Shown piece after piece: positions 9,528-19,324 of a stretch of DNA of 64,000 nucleotides; the first letter of the stretch is position 1, and each line of letters starts with the position of its first letter. The translations under genes and the position numbers were made by a program. This DNA is from Candidatus Latescibacterota bacterium (GTDB lineage: Bacteria > Latescibacterota > UBA2968 > GCA-2709665), in contig OZ220733.1 of NCBI GenBank assembly GCA_965116875.1, forward strand, positions 192,001 to 256,000, given 5' to 3'. A model generated the notes under the pieces. It was given only the letters and a program-made list of their open reading frames with translations, had not been told where the DNA came from and did no database searches.

Positions 9528-9629
9528 CACGCGCCTTCAGGAAAGAAAAATCAGCGTTGCGTAACGGGCAGGGCGGACATAGATTTCAAGGCGCCGTAAA
9601 TCAAACGTCATTTCAAACGGAGCCTATTC

Positions 9630-10253
9630 ATGAAAGTCGAAATCAGCAGCCGGTCCACGCCGTACGAATTCCATTCGCCCCACGGGCGCGTGCCTTTCCG
9701 CATGGAAGAAGCCATGGTTTCGCACGAGCGTTTCGACGGCCGGATGAGCCCCGCGGTCAAACGGGTGCATTTCAGCCGGGGCGACAGCGTTGCAGTGCTC
9801 CTGTACGCGAGAGAAACCGACGAAGTCGTCCTCGTCGAGCAGTTCCGCTATCCCGTGTATGCGGGTTATCCTGAATCGGAACGGGACGGCAAGGGCTGGA
9901 TTTTGGAAACCGTCGCGGGCATCAAGGATGCGCGTGGACCGGATGTTGCCAGGCGCGAGATACTCGAAGAGACCGGATACGCCCTGCAAGGCGCGCTGGA
10001 ACATCTCACCACCGTCTACGTAAGCCCCGGAGGCACGTCGGAACGCACCGAACTCTATCTCGCCCGCGTGAACAGGCTTGAGGGCATCCGCAAGCACGCA
10101 GGGCTGGAATCCGAAACAGAAGACATCCGTCCGCACGCCATTCCATTCGCGGAAGCCCTCCGCATGGTTGCCGACGGACGCATCGTCGACTCGAAGACGG
10201 TGATTGCGCTGTACATGCTCAAAGAGCGGCTGGATGGAAGGCGCGAGGCGTAA
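9630..10253 (+). CDS. NUDIX hydrolase (ADP-ribose / NDP-sugar pyrophosphatase-like)
   Basis: LVEQFRYP, ETVAG...REILEETG Nudix box, SPGG, EDI, IVDSKT. Confidence 0.9.
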   Translation: MKVEISSRSTPYEFHSPHGRVPFRMEEAMVSHERFDGRMSPAVKRVHFSRGDSVAVLLYARETDEVVLVEQFRYPVYAGYPESERDGKGWILETVAGIKDARGPDVARREILEETGYALQGALEHLTTVYVSPGGTSERTELYLARVNRLEGIRKHAGLESETEDIRPHAIPFAEALRMVADGRIVDSKTVIALYMLKERLDGRREA

Positions 10254-10265
10254 CGGAACTGCACG

Positions 10266-11693
10266 TCACAGCAGCCGGCCCTTCCGCACACTGCCGGCTT
10301 CAGGGTACCGCTCGGCCAACGCATCCACCGCATTCACGAATCCTTCCGCCTGCGTCTCCGCCTGCCCCACGAAGCGTTCGCTGTCACCCAGGATGTCCTC
10401 GATCTCGTCCGCGGCAAGCGGAATCCGGCTGTCATCTCCAAGGCGCTGCACGAGGTCGTTTTTCTCCCGGCCCTCCTCGCGCATTTCCAGCGCCGCGGCT
10501 ACCGCGTGCTCCTTCAGCGCGTCATGGACCTGTTCGCGTCCGGCGCCTCGCTGGACGGATGCCATCAACAGCGTGGTTGTGGCAAGAAACGGCATATACC
10601 TGGTCAGTTCATTCCGAATGACCGCCTCATAGACGCCCATTTCGTCCAGCACGTGCAGCGTCGTTTCCAGCATCCCGTCAAATGCGAATATGGCGTCGGG
10701 CAGCGCCACGCGGCGCACCACCGAGCAGGACACGTCGCCTTCGAACCACTGGTCGCCGACGAGTCCGCCGACCATATGTACGTATCCGCCGAGAAGCACC
10801 TGAAAGCCGTTGATCCGCTCGGAGCTCCGCGTATTCATCTTGTGGGGCATGGCTGATGAACCCACCTGGCCCTTCGCGAATCCCTCGGTTGCGATCTCGG
10901 CGCCAGCCATCAATCGCAACGTGCGTGAGAGATTGGCGATACCCCCACCCATCTGGTAGAAGCAGCTGATCACTTCGAAATCCAGACCCCTCGGATACAC
11001 CTGCCCCGCCGCGTTCAGCTCGCGCCCGAACCCCAGGTAGACCCGGACTTCCTGCTGGAGGGCTTCCAGTTTCCGATGATCGCCGTCTACGAGTGTCAAC
11101 TGGTCCAGCGAAGTCCCCACCGCGCCTTTCAGCCCCCGCAGCGGGTAGTTCTCTACGAGGTGCTCAAATCGCCCGAACGCGTGCAGCATTTCCTCGCCGA
11201 ACATGGCAAATCGCTTACCCACCGTTGTCGGTTGAGCCACGGCATGATGTGTGCGGCCGACAATGGGCATCGCCTTCCATTCCCGCACCCGACGGCCAAG
11301 CCGCATCAGCACCGCCACGTACTTGGTCGCCAGGGGCCGTAGCGAGCGCAACACCTGAAACTGCTCCACGTTGTCCGTGAGGTCCCGGCTGGTCATCCCC
11401 TTGTGTATATGCTCGTATCCGGCCAGCTCACAGAATTCTTCGATGCGTGCTTTCACGTCGTGCCGGGACCGGGCTTCCCGGCGCTGAATCGAGTCCAGGT
11501 CAACGCGATCCACAACCTCCTCATAGGCGCGTATCGCCTCCTCCGGCACATCCAGCCCCAGTTTTCGCTGGGCCTTCATCACCGCGATCCAGAACCGCCG
11601 TTCCAGCACGATTCGCCCCTCTTCCGACCAGATTTCCCTGATTTCCGAACTCGCGTACCGGCCGGCCAGAACGTTTGGTATATTGTCCGACAT
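10266..11693 (-). CDS. purB: Adenylosuccinate lyase
   Basis: IPNVLAGRYAS, RHDVKA, HKGMTSRD, GRTH..AQPTT, GSSAMPHKMN signature. Confidence 0.95.
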   Translation of the reverse strand: MSDNIPNVLAGRYASSEIREIWSEEGRIVLERRFWIAVMKAQRKLGLDVPEEAIRAYEEVVDRVDLDSIQRREARSRHDVKARIEEFCELAGYEHIHKGMTSRDLTDNVEQFQVLRSLRPLATKYVAVLMRLGRRVREWKAMPIVGRTHHAVAQPTTVGKRFAMFGEEMLHAFGRFEHLVENYPLRGLKGAVGTSLDQLTLVDGDHRKLEALQQEVRVYLGFGRELNAAGQVYPRGLDFEVISCFYQMGGGIANLSRTLRLMAGAEIATEGFAKGQVGSSAMPHKMNTRSSERINGFQVLLGGYVHMVGGLVGDQWFEGDVSCSVVRRVALPDAIFAFDGMLETTLHVLDEMGVYEAVIRNELTRYMPFLATTTLLMASVQRGAGREQVHDALKEHAVAAALEMREEGREKNDLVQRLGDDSRIPLAADEIEDILGDSERFVGQAETQAEGFVNAVDALAERYPEAGSVRKGRLL

Positions 11694-11731
11694 CTCTCCG
11701 CCTGCTTTCGTTTTCCGGTGATTCGCCGATG

Positions 11732-12784
11732 TCACTCGACCGCTTCTCCGCGAGCCGGTTCCGACGGCTCGACCTGCAAGATTTCATCGGCATAGGCGAA
11801 CAGGGCCGGCGTGCCGCCGGTATGCACGAACACCACCGTCTGTCCCTTCCCCCATTGACCTTCACGGATATGCCGGACCATCGCTCCGAACGCCTTGCCG
11901 GTGTACACGGGATCCAGAACAAGCGCCTCGGTGCGTGCGGCCAGGACTACCGCTTCCCGGCCCGCGTCAGTCAGCGTTCCATACGCCTCGCCCGCAAAGG
12001 CGCCGTAGCTCTCGAAATCGTCTCCTGTGAACGACAGGTCCAGCCCCAGCATTTCGGCCACCCTGTTCGCCACGTCGGCGAGGTTCGCCGTGTCCTCCTC
12101 GTCATCCTGGGGACTGGGACTGATCCCGACGACGCGGAGCGGAACCCCCAGCGCGCGGGCGCCCACGACCAGCCCCACGTGCGTATGCACCCCCGAGCAG
12201 AGATAAAGCCCGTCCGGTCGTATTTCACGCTCCTGAAGCTGTTCCCACATTTCCAGAAATCCGTCGACGTAGGAGATGCTTCGCAGATAATATCCGTCCG
12301 TACTCGTATTGTAGACCCGTTGACCCTCCGCCTTCAGGCGCTCGATGACCCGCTCTTTCTCTTCCGGATTCTCGACGAGGTGGACCTCGGCGCCGAACAA
12401 ATGGGCAAGGAGCAGGTTTCCGTTCACCGGATGGGAATGCGCGTCCCTCCGTCCGACCATGACGGCCTTCAGCCCGAACCGCGCCGCCATCGCCGCGGTC
12501 ACGCGGGACTGATTCGACTGGGACGCCGCCCCGTGCAACAGAACGTCGTAGCCCTCCCGGATCGCCGGCGCAATCGAATACTCGAACTCCCGGATCTTGT
12601 TTCCCCCAAAGGCCATGCCGGTCAGATCCTCCCGCTTGACCAGAATCCGGGGTCCTCCCAGCTTTTCCGAGAGCCGGGGGCACTCCAGGAGCGGTGTTGG
12701 CAGGTCTGCCAGCGACAGGCGGGAAAAACGATCCAGGCGCTCCTTCAACGCTTCGGGTGCAACCACGGGCTTCACAACCGCCAT
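11732..12784 (-). CDS. D-cysteine desulfhydrase / ACC deaminase family PLP enzyme
   Basis: PTPL, KREDL..AFGGNKIR, QSNQ, LDPVYTGKA, FVHTGGTP. Confidence 0.92.
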   Translation of the reverse strand: MAVVKPVVAPEALKERLDRFSRLSLADLPTPLLECPRLSEKLGGPRILVKREDLTGMAFGGNKIREFEYSIAPAIREGYDVLLHGAASQSNQSRVTAAMAARFGLKAVMVGRRDAHSHPVNGNLLLAHLFGAEVHLVENPEEKERVIERLKAEGQRVYNTSTDGYYLRSISYVDGFLEMWEQLQEREIRPDGLYLCSGVHTHVGLVVGARALGVPLRVVGISPSPQDDEEDTANLADVANRVAEMLGLDLSFTGDDFESYGAFAGEAYGTLTDAGREAVVLAARTEALVLDPVYTGKAFGAMVRHIREGQWGKGQTVVFVHTGGTPALFAYADEILQVEPSEPARGEAVE

Positions 12785-12874
12785 TCGAGCACCTTTCCTT
12801 CACTCCGTGAATTCCTCGGGTTCCCGCGACTGCCAGCAAATATAGTCTCCGGAAATATCAGACGCAATGACTAT

Positions 12875-13034
12875 CAGTCCGTTGATAAAGTCGCTCTGCA
12901 GGCGAGGCCGAGCCATTGTGGTCGAAGACAAGGCGCGCAACCGAGTCCCATCCCTCGATTCGGCGAGGGCGCGCAACGCAGTATTTCGACCGCAAGGGCC
13001 GGCCGCAGCGCGGATGGGCTTTTTCAACGGGCTG
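12875..13034. mobile_element. 160-bp MITE with IS5/IS1182-like ends
   Basis: TIRs CAGTCCGTTGATAAAG / CAGCCCGTTGAAAAAG (14/16); CTAT direct repeat at 12871-12874 and 13035-13038. Confidence 0.75.
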
Positions 13035-13054
13035 CTATCCCCGAGGCGCCAATG

Positions 13055-13085
13055 AAAACCCCGCCGGAGCGGGGCCGGCGGGGTT
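13055..13085 (-). terminator. Intrinsic terminator after arsC
   Basis: AACCCCGCCGG/CCGGCGGGGTT stem followed by a T-run on the minus strand. Confidence 0.7.
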
Positions 13086-13129
13086 CAATTCCCGGATCTG
13101 TCAACGCGGCGTCTCTGGTGTCCTGTTCC

Positions 13130-13480
13130 TCAAAGAATCTCCAGTACGTTTTCCGGCGGTCGACCCACCCTTGCCCGGTCGCCGTTGAGAACGATCGGCC
13201 GCTCGATCAGGATGGGATGTTCCGCCATCGCCCGGATCAGCGTCTTCGGCTCGTCCGTCTTTTCGTGGAGGCCAAGCGCCCGGAATTCATCCTCCTTCGT
13301 TCGTACCAGGTCCAGCGGCTGGATTCCCAGCATGTCCAGAATGCCGGAGAGCGTCTGCTCGTCCGGGGGCGTTTTCAGGTATTCGACGATTCTTGGCTCG
13401 ATACCACGCCCTCTCAGAAGGTTCAACGTCTCCCTGCTCTTGCTGCATCTCGGATTGTGGTACATCACGATATCGCTCAC
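13130..13480 (-). CDS. arsC: Arsenate reductase (glutaredoxin-type ArsC family)
   Basis: YHNPRCSKSR, EYLKTPP, HPILIERPIV, GRPPE. Confidence 0.93.
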   Translation of the reverse strand: MSDIVMYHNPRCSKSRETLNLLRGRGIEPRIVEYLKTPPDEQTLSGILDMLGIQPLDLVRTKEDEFRALGLHEKTDEPKTLIRAMAEHPILIERPIVLNGDRARVGRPPENVLEIL

Positions 13481-13497
13481 GAAAGCCTCCTCCGTTT

Positions 13498-15201
13498 TCA
13501 GGGAATCACCGGCAAAATCACGCGGGACGGCCGGTTCCCATCGTGGAAAATCCGCTGATGCGCGGTCTGCAGGGCCGTCTCGCGGTAATCGTCGCCACCG
13601 GTATTGTGGTTCCGGTTGAAGTTCGGAAAATCACTGCTGGAAACGTCCAGCCGGATGCGGTGCCCCTTTTTGAACAGATTGCTGGTCGGATTCACTTGAA
13701 TCGTGTATTCGTACACCCTTTCGGGTTCGATTAACGACGGGTTATCGAAAGACTCGCGATACCGGGCGCGCACGATGCCATGACACAGTTCCTGGACGAA
13801 TCCGTCGGGCCATACGTCCATCAGCTTGACGACAAAGTCCGTATCGCGGGCCGACGACGACGCAAACAGACGCACTTCGACCGGTCCGGTCACCTCCATG
13901 GGAGCGCCCAGCGGCGGGGTCATATACACCATGACGTCGCGGCGTCCGTTTAGGGCCCGCTGGTCCATTGGCGCATGCTGGCCGCCCGGGGTGTAGAGGG
14001 TCATTAAAGGGTCTCTCGGATCGTAATCGTACGTGTCCGGCGTTTCCTCCCCGGGAGGCTCCACGGAAAGGCATCCCGCGCCCGCCGGCAGGTCCGCGTG
14101 GCCCGAACTGTGCAGATAGAACGGCGTATACACCGTTCGTTGCAGCGGCCATTCCCGCTCGCCGCGCCAGGTATTGGCTCCCATCACGAACAGTTGCAGC
14201 GGCGGCCAGTCCGCGGCCTCGCTCCGTCCCCCTTTGAGCCAGCGCGTAAACCACGCGTCCGCGATCTGGTAGAAATCCCGCACGGATTCCGGGCCGAAGT
14301 CCACCTCACCCACATGGCGTCCGAGGTCCAGGAGCGTGTGGGTCCAGGGCCCGACGATCATGTACTGATTCTGCCTGGCGCGTTCGCTCCCCCCGTTCTT
14401 GCGCATTCCCGTAAAGTGCTTCAAGATGCCGATCTGCTGATCGTACCATCCCGCCGTACCCAGAACGGGAACCTCCACGCGCCGGTGTTTCTTCTGAAAG
14501 CCGAAGTGGTCCGCCGCATGGTCCGCGAGCCACCGCCGCCAGTGCCTGCCCATCCCCCGCATCACATCCTCCGGAACGTCCATCAGCGGCAGATACCATA
14601 GCCATTTGCTGCGGTCGCGGTCCTGCCAGAGCCGGGACGCGTCCTCCTTGGCCTTCTCCTTCCACGTATGACCCGCCCTGCGCGCTGTATCCACCGACAG
14701 ATTGTTGATCGTCCAGTCCATCACGCGGCCGAGGCGAAGCACGCCGCTCAGTTCCCTGTCCAGCAGGTTCGCCGCAATCCCGCCCGCAAGCATCGCCACC
14801 AGATTCGGCGGCCGCGTGTGCGCGAGTTCCCACTGTGTCCACCCGTCGTACGAATTTCCGAACGTGCCCACCCTGCCGTCGGACCAGGGCAGTCCCGCCG
14901 CCCACGCGACCGAATCGAAGCCGTCCTCCGAGTCTCGGTGATCGGCGCTGAAGAATCCGGGTTGAAACGCTCCGTCCGAAGCATACCGCCCGCGCACGTC
15001 CTGCATGACCACGACGTACCCGCGCTCGGCCATTTCCGCGCCGATCTCAAGCTGTTTCTCATCTCCCTTGTCGTAGGGCGTCCGGCAAAGCAGCACCGGA
15101 AACCGCCCCGGCCCGTCGGGCCGGTACACGTCGGCGCGGAGCACCGTGCCGTCCCGCATCACTGCCTGCAGATCGCTGTCCTTTACCGTTGGATAAGACA
15201 T
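13498..15201 (-). CDS. CocE/NonD family serine hydrolase
   Basis: MRDG.VLRADVYRP, RTPY, QDVRGRYASDG, GNSYDG nucleophile, GWYD, GPWTH, SSSDFP; start MSYPTV. Confidence 0.93.
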   Translation of the reverse strand: MSYPTVKDSDLQAVMRDGTVLRADVYRPDGPGRFPVLLCRTPYDKGDEKQLEIGAEMAERGYVVVMQDVRGRYASDGAFQPGFFSADHRDSEDGFDSVAWAAGLPWSDGRVGTFGNSYDGWTQWELAHTRPPNLVAMLAGGIAANLLDRELSGVLRLGRVMDWTINNLSVDTARRAGHTWKEKAKEDASRLWQDRDRSKWLWYLPLMDVPEDVMRGMGRHWRRWLADHAADHFGFQKKHRRVEVPVLGTAGWYDQQIGILKHFTGMRKNGGSERARQNQYMIVGPWTHTLLDLGRHVGEVDFGPESVRDFYQIADAWFTRWLKGGRSEAADWPPLQLFVMGANTWRGEREWPLQRTVYTPFYLHSSGHADLPAGAGCLSVEPPGEETPDTYDYDPRDPLMTLYTPGGQHAPMDQRALNGRRDVMVYMTPPLGAPMEVTGPVEVRLFASSSARDTDFVVKLMDVWPDGFVQELCHGIVRARYRESFDNPSLIEPERVYEYTIQVNPTSNLFKKGHRIRLDVSSSDFPNFNRNHNTGGDDYRETALQTAHQRIFHDGNRPSRVILPVIP

Positions 15202-15272
15202 TCGCGTCTTCCCGTTCCCCGGTTGGCGGGACCGAATCGCAAAAGCCTGAATCGACCCTGGCCGGGCGACAA

Positions 15273-17075
15273 TCAGGTCAATCTCCAGACCAGCACGGTG
15301 GTGTCTGCGGAACCTGACAGAAGCCATCGTCCGTCCGGGCTGGCCGCAAGCGCGTGTACAGCCCCCTCGTGCCCGGTGAATTCGGCCGCCGGAGCAAGGG
15401 ATCCGGTATCCCGGACGGCCGCCCTGCCGTCCTCTCCGGCCAGACAGATCGACCCCGCTTCCGGAAGGTACAGGACTTCCTCCAGGCCGCCTCCATGCTC
15501 GTACGAACGCACCTCCCGTCCGTCCCGCAGATCCCACTCGACCACCCACCCGTCACGGCCCGCGGAGATCACATGGCCCTCAGGCCCGTAGGCCACGGAC
15601 TGGACCCAGCCACGGTGTGCGGTTGCCGTCGCGTTCAATGTCCCGGTCGCCAGGCGCCAGACCCTCACGGTGCCGTCCCGTCCACCACTCGCGAGTTGCC
15701 GCGCATCCGCCGAGACCGACAGCGCCAGCACGCCGCCCAGATGCCCTTCCAGCGTGCGCAAGGCCCGTCCTGTATCGGCATCCCACACGCGTATTGACCC
15801 GTCGTCGGCGGCGCTCACGACGTTGCGGGCGCCCGCAAAAGCCACCGCTCGAACGTATCCCCGGTGCCCTTTCAGTACGCGCACGTCCTTTCCGCTCGCA
15901 CACTCGAGAATCCTGACGCTGCCGTCCTTGCACCCCGTCGCAACCCGCGCGCCGTCGGGAGAGACCGCCAACGCGTGGACCTCGCCGCCCGTACACTCGA
16001 CCGTTCGCGTTGCCGTCCAATCCTCCGTGTCCCACCACCGGATGGTCTTGTCCGTCGATCCTGAAATCGCATGGGTACCGTCGGGAGTAACGACGAGCGC
16101 CCGCACACCCGCCATGTGCCTTTCCCACTGAAGGCGAGGCCGCCCGGTCGCCAGGCCGGTCTCCGCCAGCAGCCCGTCGCTGCCGTGTGACAGCGCCCAG
16201 TTTCCGTCGGGCGAAACCCGGATCCGGTTTACGTGGCTCTGATGCGGGTACCATCGCCGCAGGACCGTGGCGGTGTGACGGTCCCACAGCCGGATCGAAC
16301 CGTCCCTGGATCCGGTCAGGACCTGCCGGTCGTCCCGGCCATAAGCCACGGACGGCACCGCGTGCCCCAGGTGTCCTGTAAAGGTCTCAAGACACTCATG
16401 ATCGCGCAGCCGCCACTCGTTCGACTTGTGACGCGTGCCCACCAGCAGCCGCTCACCGTCTGCGGACAGGCACATATCGTAACAGACGTAGTCCTCCACG
16501 AAAGTCTTCAACCGGGCGCCGGTCGTCAGGTCGAACTGATAGACATTGCGGCCGGGTTGATGTGCTACCAGCGCCGTCCTGCCGTCCGGGGCATACAGGC
16601 AGTGATCGAAGTGCTCGCCGGCATCTGAAATCGCGATGCGACGCCGGCCCGTTTCCCGGTCCCACTCCTCCACGGTGCTCGTATCGCGGTCAAGCGTGAG
16701 CACCCGTTTTTCGTCCGGCGAAAACCGCAGTGAGACGAGCGACGCGCGTCCGGTGTCGAAGCGGACCGGTTCCCGCGTTTCTTCGGCCAGGTTCCACTCC
16801 CTTATCACGCCCGCTTCGTCGGCGAACAACGCCCTCGACACGTCGCGGTTCCATGCCGCTGCCGTGAGTCGATGCTCCGAAACCTGTTGCCGTGCAATGC
16901 AATTGCCCTGTATCAGATCCCAGATACAAAGGCATGCCCCCGAAAGCACGAATGCCCGCCCTCCGTCGGGGGAATAGGACATATCGGTCACCGACCCCCT
17001 CATCCGGCGGGTTCCCAGGCGCTGGATCGCGCGGTCCGGCAGGGGATCGCCAAGATGGTCCTTTAAACCGTTCAT
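15273..17075 (-). CDS. WD40-repeat protein (probable tandem beta-propellers)
   Basis: Many GH...SGS.DG.IR.WD repeats; N-terminal DPLP..AI.RLG motif. Confidence 0.92.
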   Translation of the reverse strand: MNGLKDHLGDPLPDRAIQRLGTRRMRGSVTDMSYSPDGGRAFVLSGACLCIWDLIQGNCIARQQVSEHRLTAAAWNRDVSRALFADEAGVIREWNLAEETREPVRFDTGRASLVSLRFSPDEKRVLTLDRDTSTVEEWDRETGRRRIAISDAGEHFDHCLYAPDGRTALVAHQPGRNVYQFDLTTGARLKTFVEDYVCYDMCLSADGERLLVGTRHKSNEWRLRDHECLETFTGHLGHAVPSVAYGRDDRQVLTGSRDGSIRLWDRHTATVLRRWYPHQSHVNRIRVSPDGNWALSHGSDGLLAETGLATGRPRLQWERHMAGVRALVVTPDGTHAISGSTDKTIRWWDTEDWTATRTVECTGGEVHALAVSPDGARVATGCKDGSVRILECASGKDVRVLKGHRGYVRAVAFAGARNVVSAADDGSIRVWDADTGRALRTLEGHLGGVLALSVSADARQLASGGRDGTVRVWRLATGTLNATATAHRGWVQSVAYGPEGHVISAGRDGWVVEWDLRDGREVRSYEHGGGLEEVLYLPEAGSICLAGEDGRAAVRDTGSLAPAAEFTGHEGAVHALAASPDGRWLLSGSADTTVLVWRLT

Positions 17076-18106
17076 GGTCCCACCCTCTGATCCGCCACGA
17101 GCTGACCCCCGGACCCCAGGAGGTTTCGGTACGCCCGCGTATTTCCCCCGGCCCGCACGACGTTTTCGGGCAGCGAACTGAGGCAGCGGTTATGGTGAAT
17201 GCGGGCATCCTGGCAGGGCGCACCCCGGATTACCACGCTGCGTACGTCCTGTGCGATAAACGTATTGTGATGAATATCCATCCAGTCGCCGGAGATCTCG
17301 GTTGCATCTCCCCGATCCTGCCCGCCGTGCATGTCGAAAAGGTGGCCGTTGGCGTGATTCAGGCAAATATTGTAACGCGCCTCGTAGCCGGAACCGGGCG
17401 TTCCGCTGGATGCGATATGGTGCCTGCACCAGTCGAACAGATTCGCCTCAACCAGCACCGTGGCGCCGTTGATGCTGACGCCGTAGCCAAGGCCGCCTTT
17501 CTGGTTGTGGTGGATAAAGTTGTGGTGCACGTAACCCCGGACCGCACCGTCGTCGAACCGGGTCGCCGCCACGCTGAATCCGCTGATCTCGCAGTTGTCG
17601 ATCTCCAGCGAGAAATGGGCGGCAAGGATTCCGTTGGATGTATGCGCCGCCCGGTCGCGGTGGGGGTAGGGGCCCCGAAGACGCAGCCCCGTTACGCGGA
17701 CGCAATCCCCCTCCGACCGGAAGAGAAAGGGCGTATCCGGCGCGTTTGAATAGACCAGACCTCCCGCCGAGCCGCCCGCGCCGCGGTCGCCGGCCAGCGT
17801 CACCGCTTCCGGAATACCCAGGCCCGGCCGACCGCCCATATCGATCTCGACGTTGGCCGGTACGAAGACCACGTCGCCCGCCGTCGCAGCTTCCAGCGCC
17901 CGCGCCAGCTCATCGTAACTGCGGACCGACCGGTCGCCGCGCCCGAACCCGTCCGTGTAGCCATCGCCTCCGCCAATCGGATTTCCCGTGGGATTGTTTT
18001 CCGCCCCGAATGTCTCCGGCCCGCCCTCCTGTTTCTCTTCACTCGCCCAGCGCGCCGTACGCGCCGTGAGAATCCCCCCGCCCGACCTCCGTTCGATTGA
18101 AATCAC
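17072..18106 (-). CDS. Right-handed beta-helix protein
   Basis: EL..AL..A..GDVVFV N-cap, IDNCEISGF, HHNFIHHN, EANLF, HHNTF rungs; GTG start after GGAGG. Confidence 0.78.
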   Translation of the reverse strand: MISIERRSGGGILTARTARWASEEKQEGGPETFGAENNPTGNPIGGGDGYTDGFGRGDRSVRSYDELARALEAATAGDVVFVPANVEIDMGGRPGLGIPEAVTLAGDRGAGGSAGGLVYSNAPDTPFLFRSEGDCVRVTGLRLRGPYPHRDRAAHTSNGILAAHFSLEIDNCEISGFSVAATRFDDGAVRGYVHHNFIHHNQKGGLGYGVSINGATVLVEANLFDWCRHHIASSGTPGSGYEARYNICLNHANGHLFDMHGGQDRGDATEISGDWMDIHHNTFIAQDVRSVVIRGAPCQDARIHHNRCLSSLPENVVRAGGNTRAYRNLLGSGGQLVADQRVGP

Positions 18107-18141
18107 GGAAACACCTCCGGTTTTCGACGTCCGCAAATCCG

Positions 18142-19323
18142 CTAGTCCACCACGCCGCAGTAGTTCATCGCGATAAGCGCGTACACCTTCGCTGCCGCCT
18201 CGATGCGCGGCACCGACACCCACTCGTCATCGGAATGGGCCGTCTCATTCGACGGACCGTAGTAGAAGGTGGGCACCCCTGTCTCGTTCATATAGATGTT
18301 GGCATCGCCCACCAGCCGTCGTCCCACGTACCTGACGTCCGCGCCGACCACCTCCCGGTGGGCCGCGGCCGCAGCCCGGACCGCCGGATCGTCCCGCGGC
18401 GTTTCAAAAGGCTCACGCTGGAGCGCCATGTCGACGGTGAGCTTCATTTCCCCCGCCCTGGCGAACGGCTCGGCCATCGACTCCAGTTCAATCAGAATCG
18501 ACGACATCGTCTTTCCCGGCAGCCAGCGCCGCGTACCCGTAAGCACGCACCGGCCCGGCGTCCGGTTGAAGTAATCGCCGGCCTGTACGATGCCCAGATC
18601 GATCCGCTCCGGTCCGGCCAGGGGATGTACGTTCCCGGCATCCAGCTCCTTCTGGCGCTCGGTGATTCTCCGGATCAGGTCGCCCACGTGGCGGATGGGG
18701 TTTTCCGCAAACGGAACGTAGTTCGTGTGGGTGCCGCCCCGTTCGGACGTCAGCGTGATTGTAAACACCATCGACCCCATGCTCATCACCCAGAGTTCGT
18801 CTCCTCCCTCCACGATGAGAATACGGTCGCAACCGAGGCGTCCGCTGTTCACGTCCGCCACGAGCGCCAGGGGGCCGTCTTTTTCCGCTTCCGGCTCCTC
18901 GTGGCCGACCACACCGGTGACCAGAAGATCGCCCTTGAGACGCACTCCCGCGTCCTGCAGCGCCTTTGCCGCACCGAGCATGGCTGCCACGCCGCCCTTC
19001 ATATCCGTTGAACCCCGCCCGTAAATGCGGTCGCCCTCCCGTCGCACCGGGGTGCAGTCGCCAATGGGAATCGTATCCAGGTGACCGTTCAGAAGAAGCG
19101 TGGGGCCTTCGTTCGCGCCCCGGATCCCGGCGTACAGATTTCGCCGCCCCGGCGTCACCTCGTGCGCGTCCACGGCAAGGCCCAGGTCGGCCAACTGCCC
19201 CTCGAAACACGCACAGACTTCGGCTTCCTCGCCGGTAACGCTTGGAATCTCCACCAGCCTGAGCGCCTGCCGGGCCATCCAATCCCCGTCTATCGCATTC
19301 AGAACCGCCTCTCTTGCGTTCAT
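18142..19323 (-). CDS. M20 family metallopeptidase/deacylase (ArgE/DapE-like)
   Basis: NGHLDT, YGRGSTDMKGG, GHEE, GDAN, YGP...AHSDDE. Confidence 0.9.
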   Translation of the reverse strand: MNAREAVLNAIDGDWMARQALRLVEIPSVTGEEAEVCACFEGQLADLGLAVDAHEVTPGRRNLYAGIRGANEGPTLLLNGHLDTIPIGDCTPVRREGDRIYGRGSTDMKGGVAAMLGAAKALQDAGVRLKGDLLVTGVVGHEEPEAEKDGPLALVADVNSGRLGCDRILIVEGGDELWVMSMGSMVFTITLTSERGGTHTNYVPFAENPIRHVGDLIRRITERQKELDAGNVHPLAGPERIDLGIVQAGDYFNRTPGRCVLTGTRRWLPGKTMSSILIELESMAEPFARAGEMKLTVDMALQREPFETPRDDPAVRAAAAAHREVVGADVRYVGRRLVGDANIYMNETGVPTFYYGPSNETAHSDDEWVSVPRIEAAAKVYALIAMNYCGVVD

Positions 19324-19324
19324 T

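Noticed and set aside
6937-9599. Plus-strand ORFs 6937-7881 and 8205-9599
   Set aside because: Antisense to the well-supported HpcH aldolase and DegT aminotransferase genes
11675-13558. 627-aa plus-strand ORF
   Set aside because: Overlaps two clear minus-strand genes, a MITE and a terminator; GC-driven open frame
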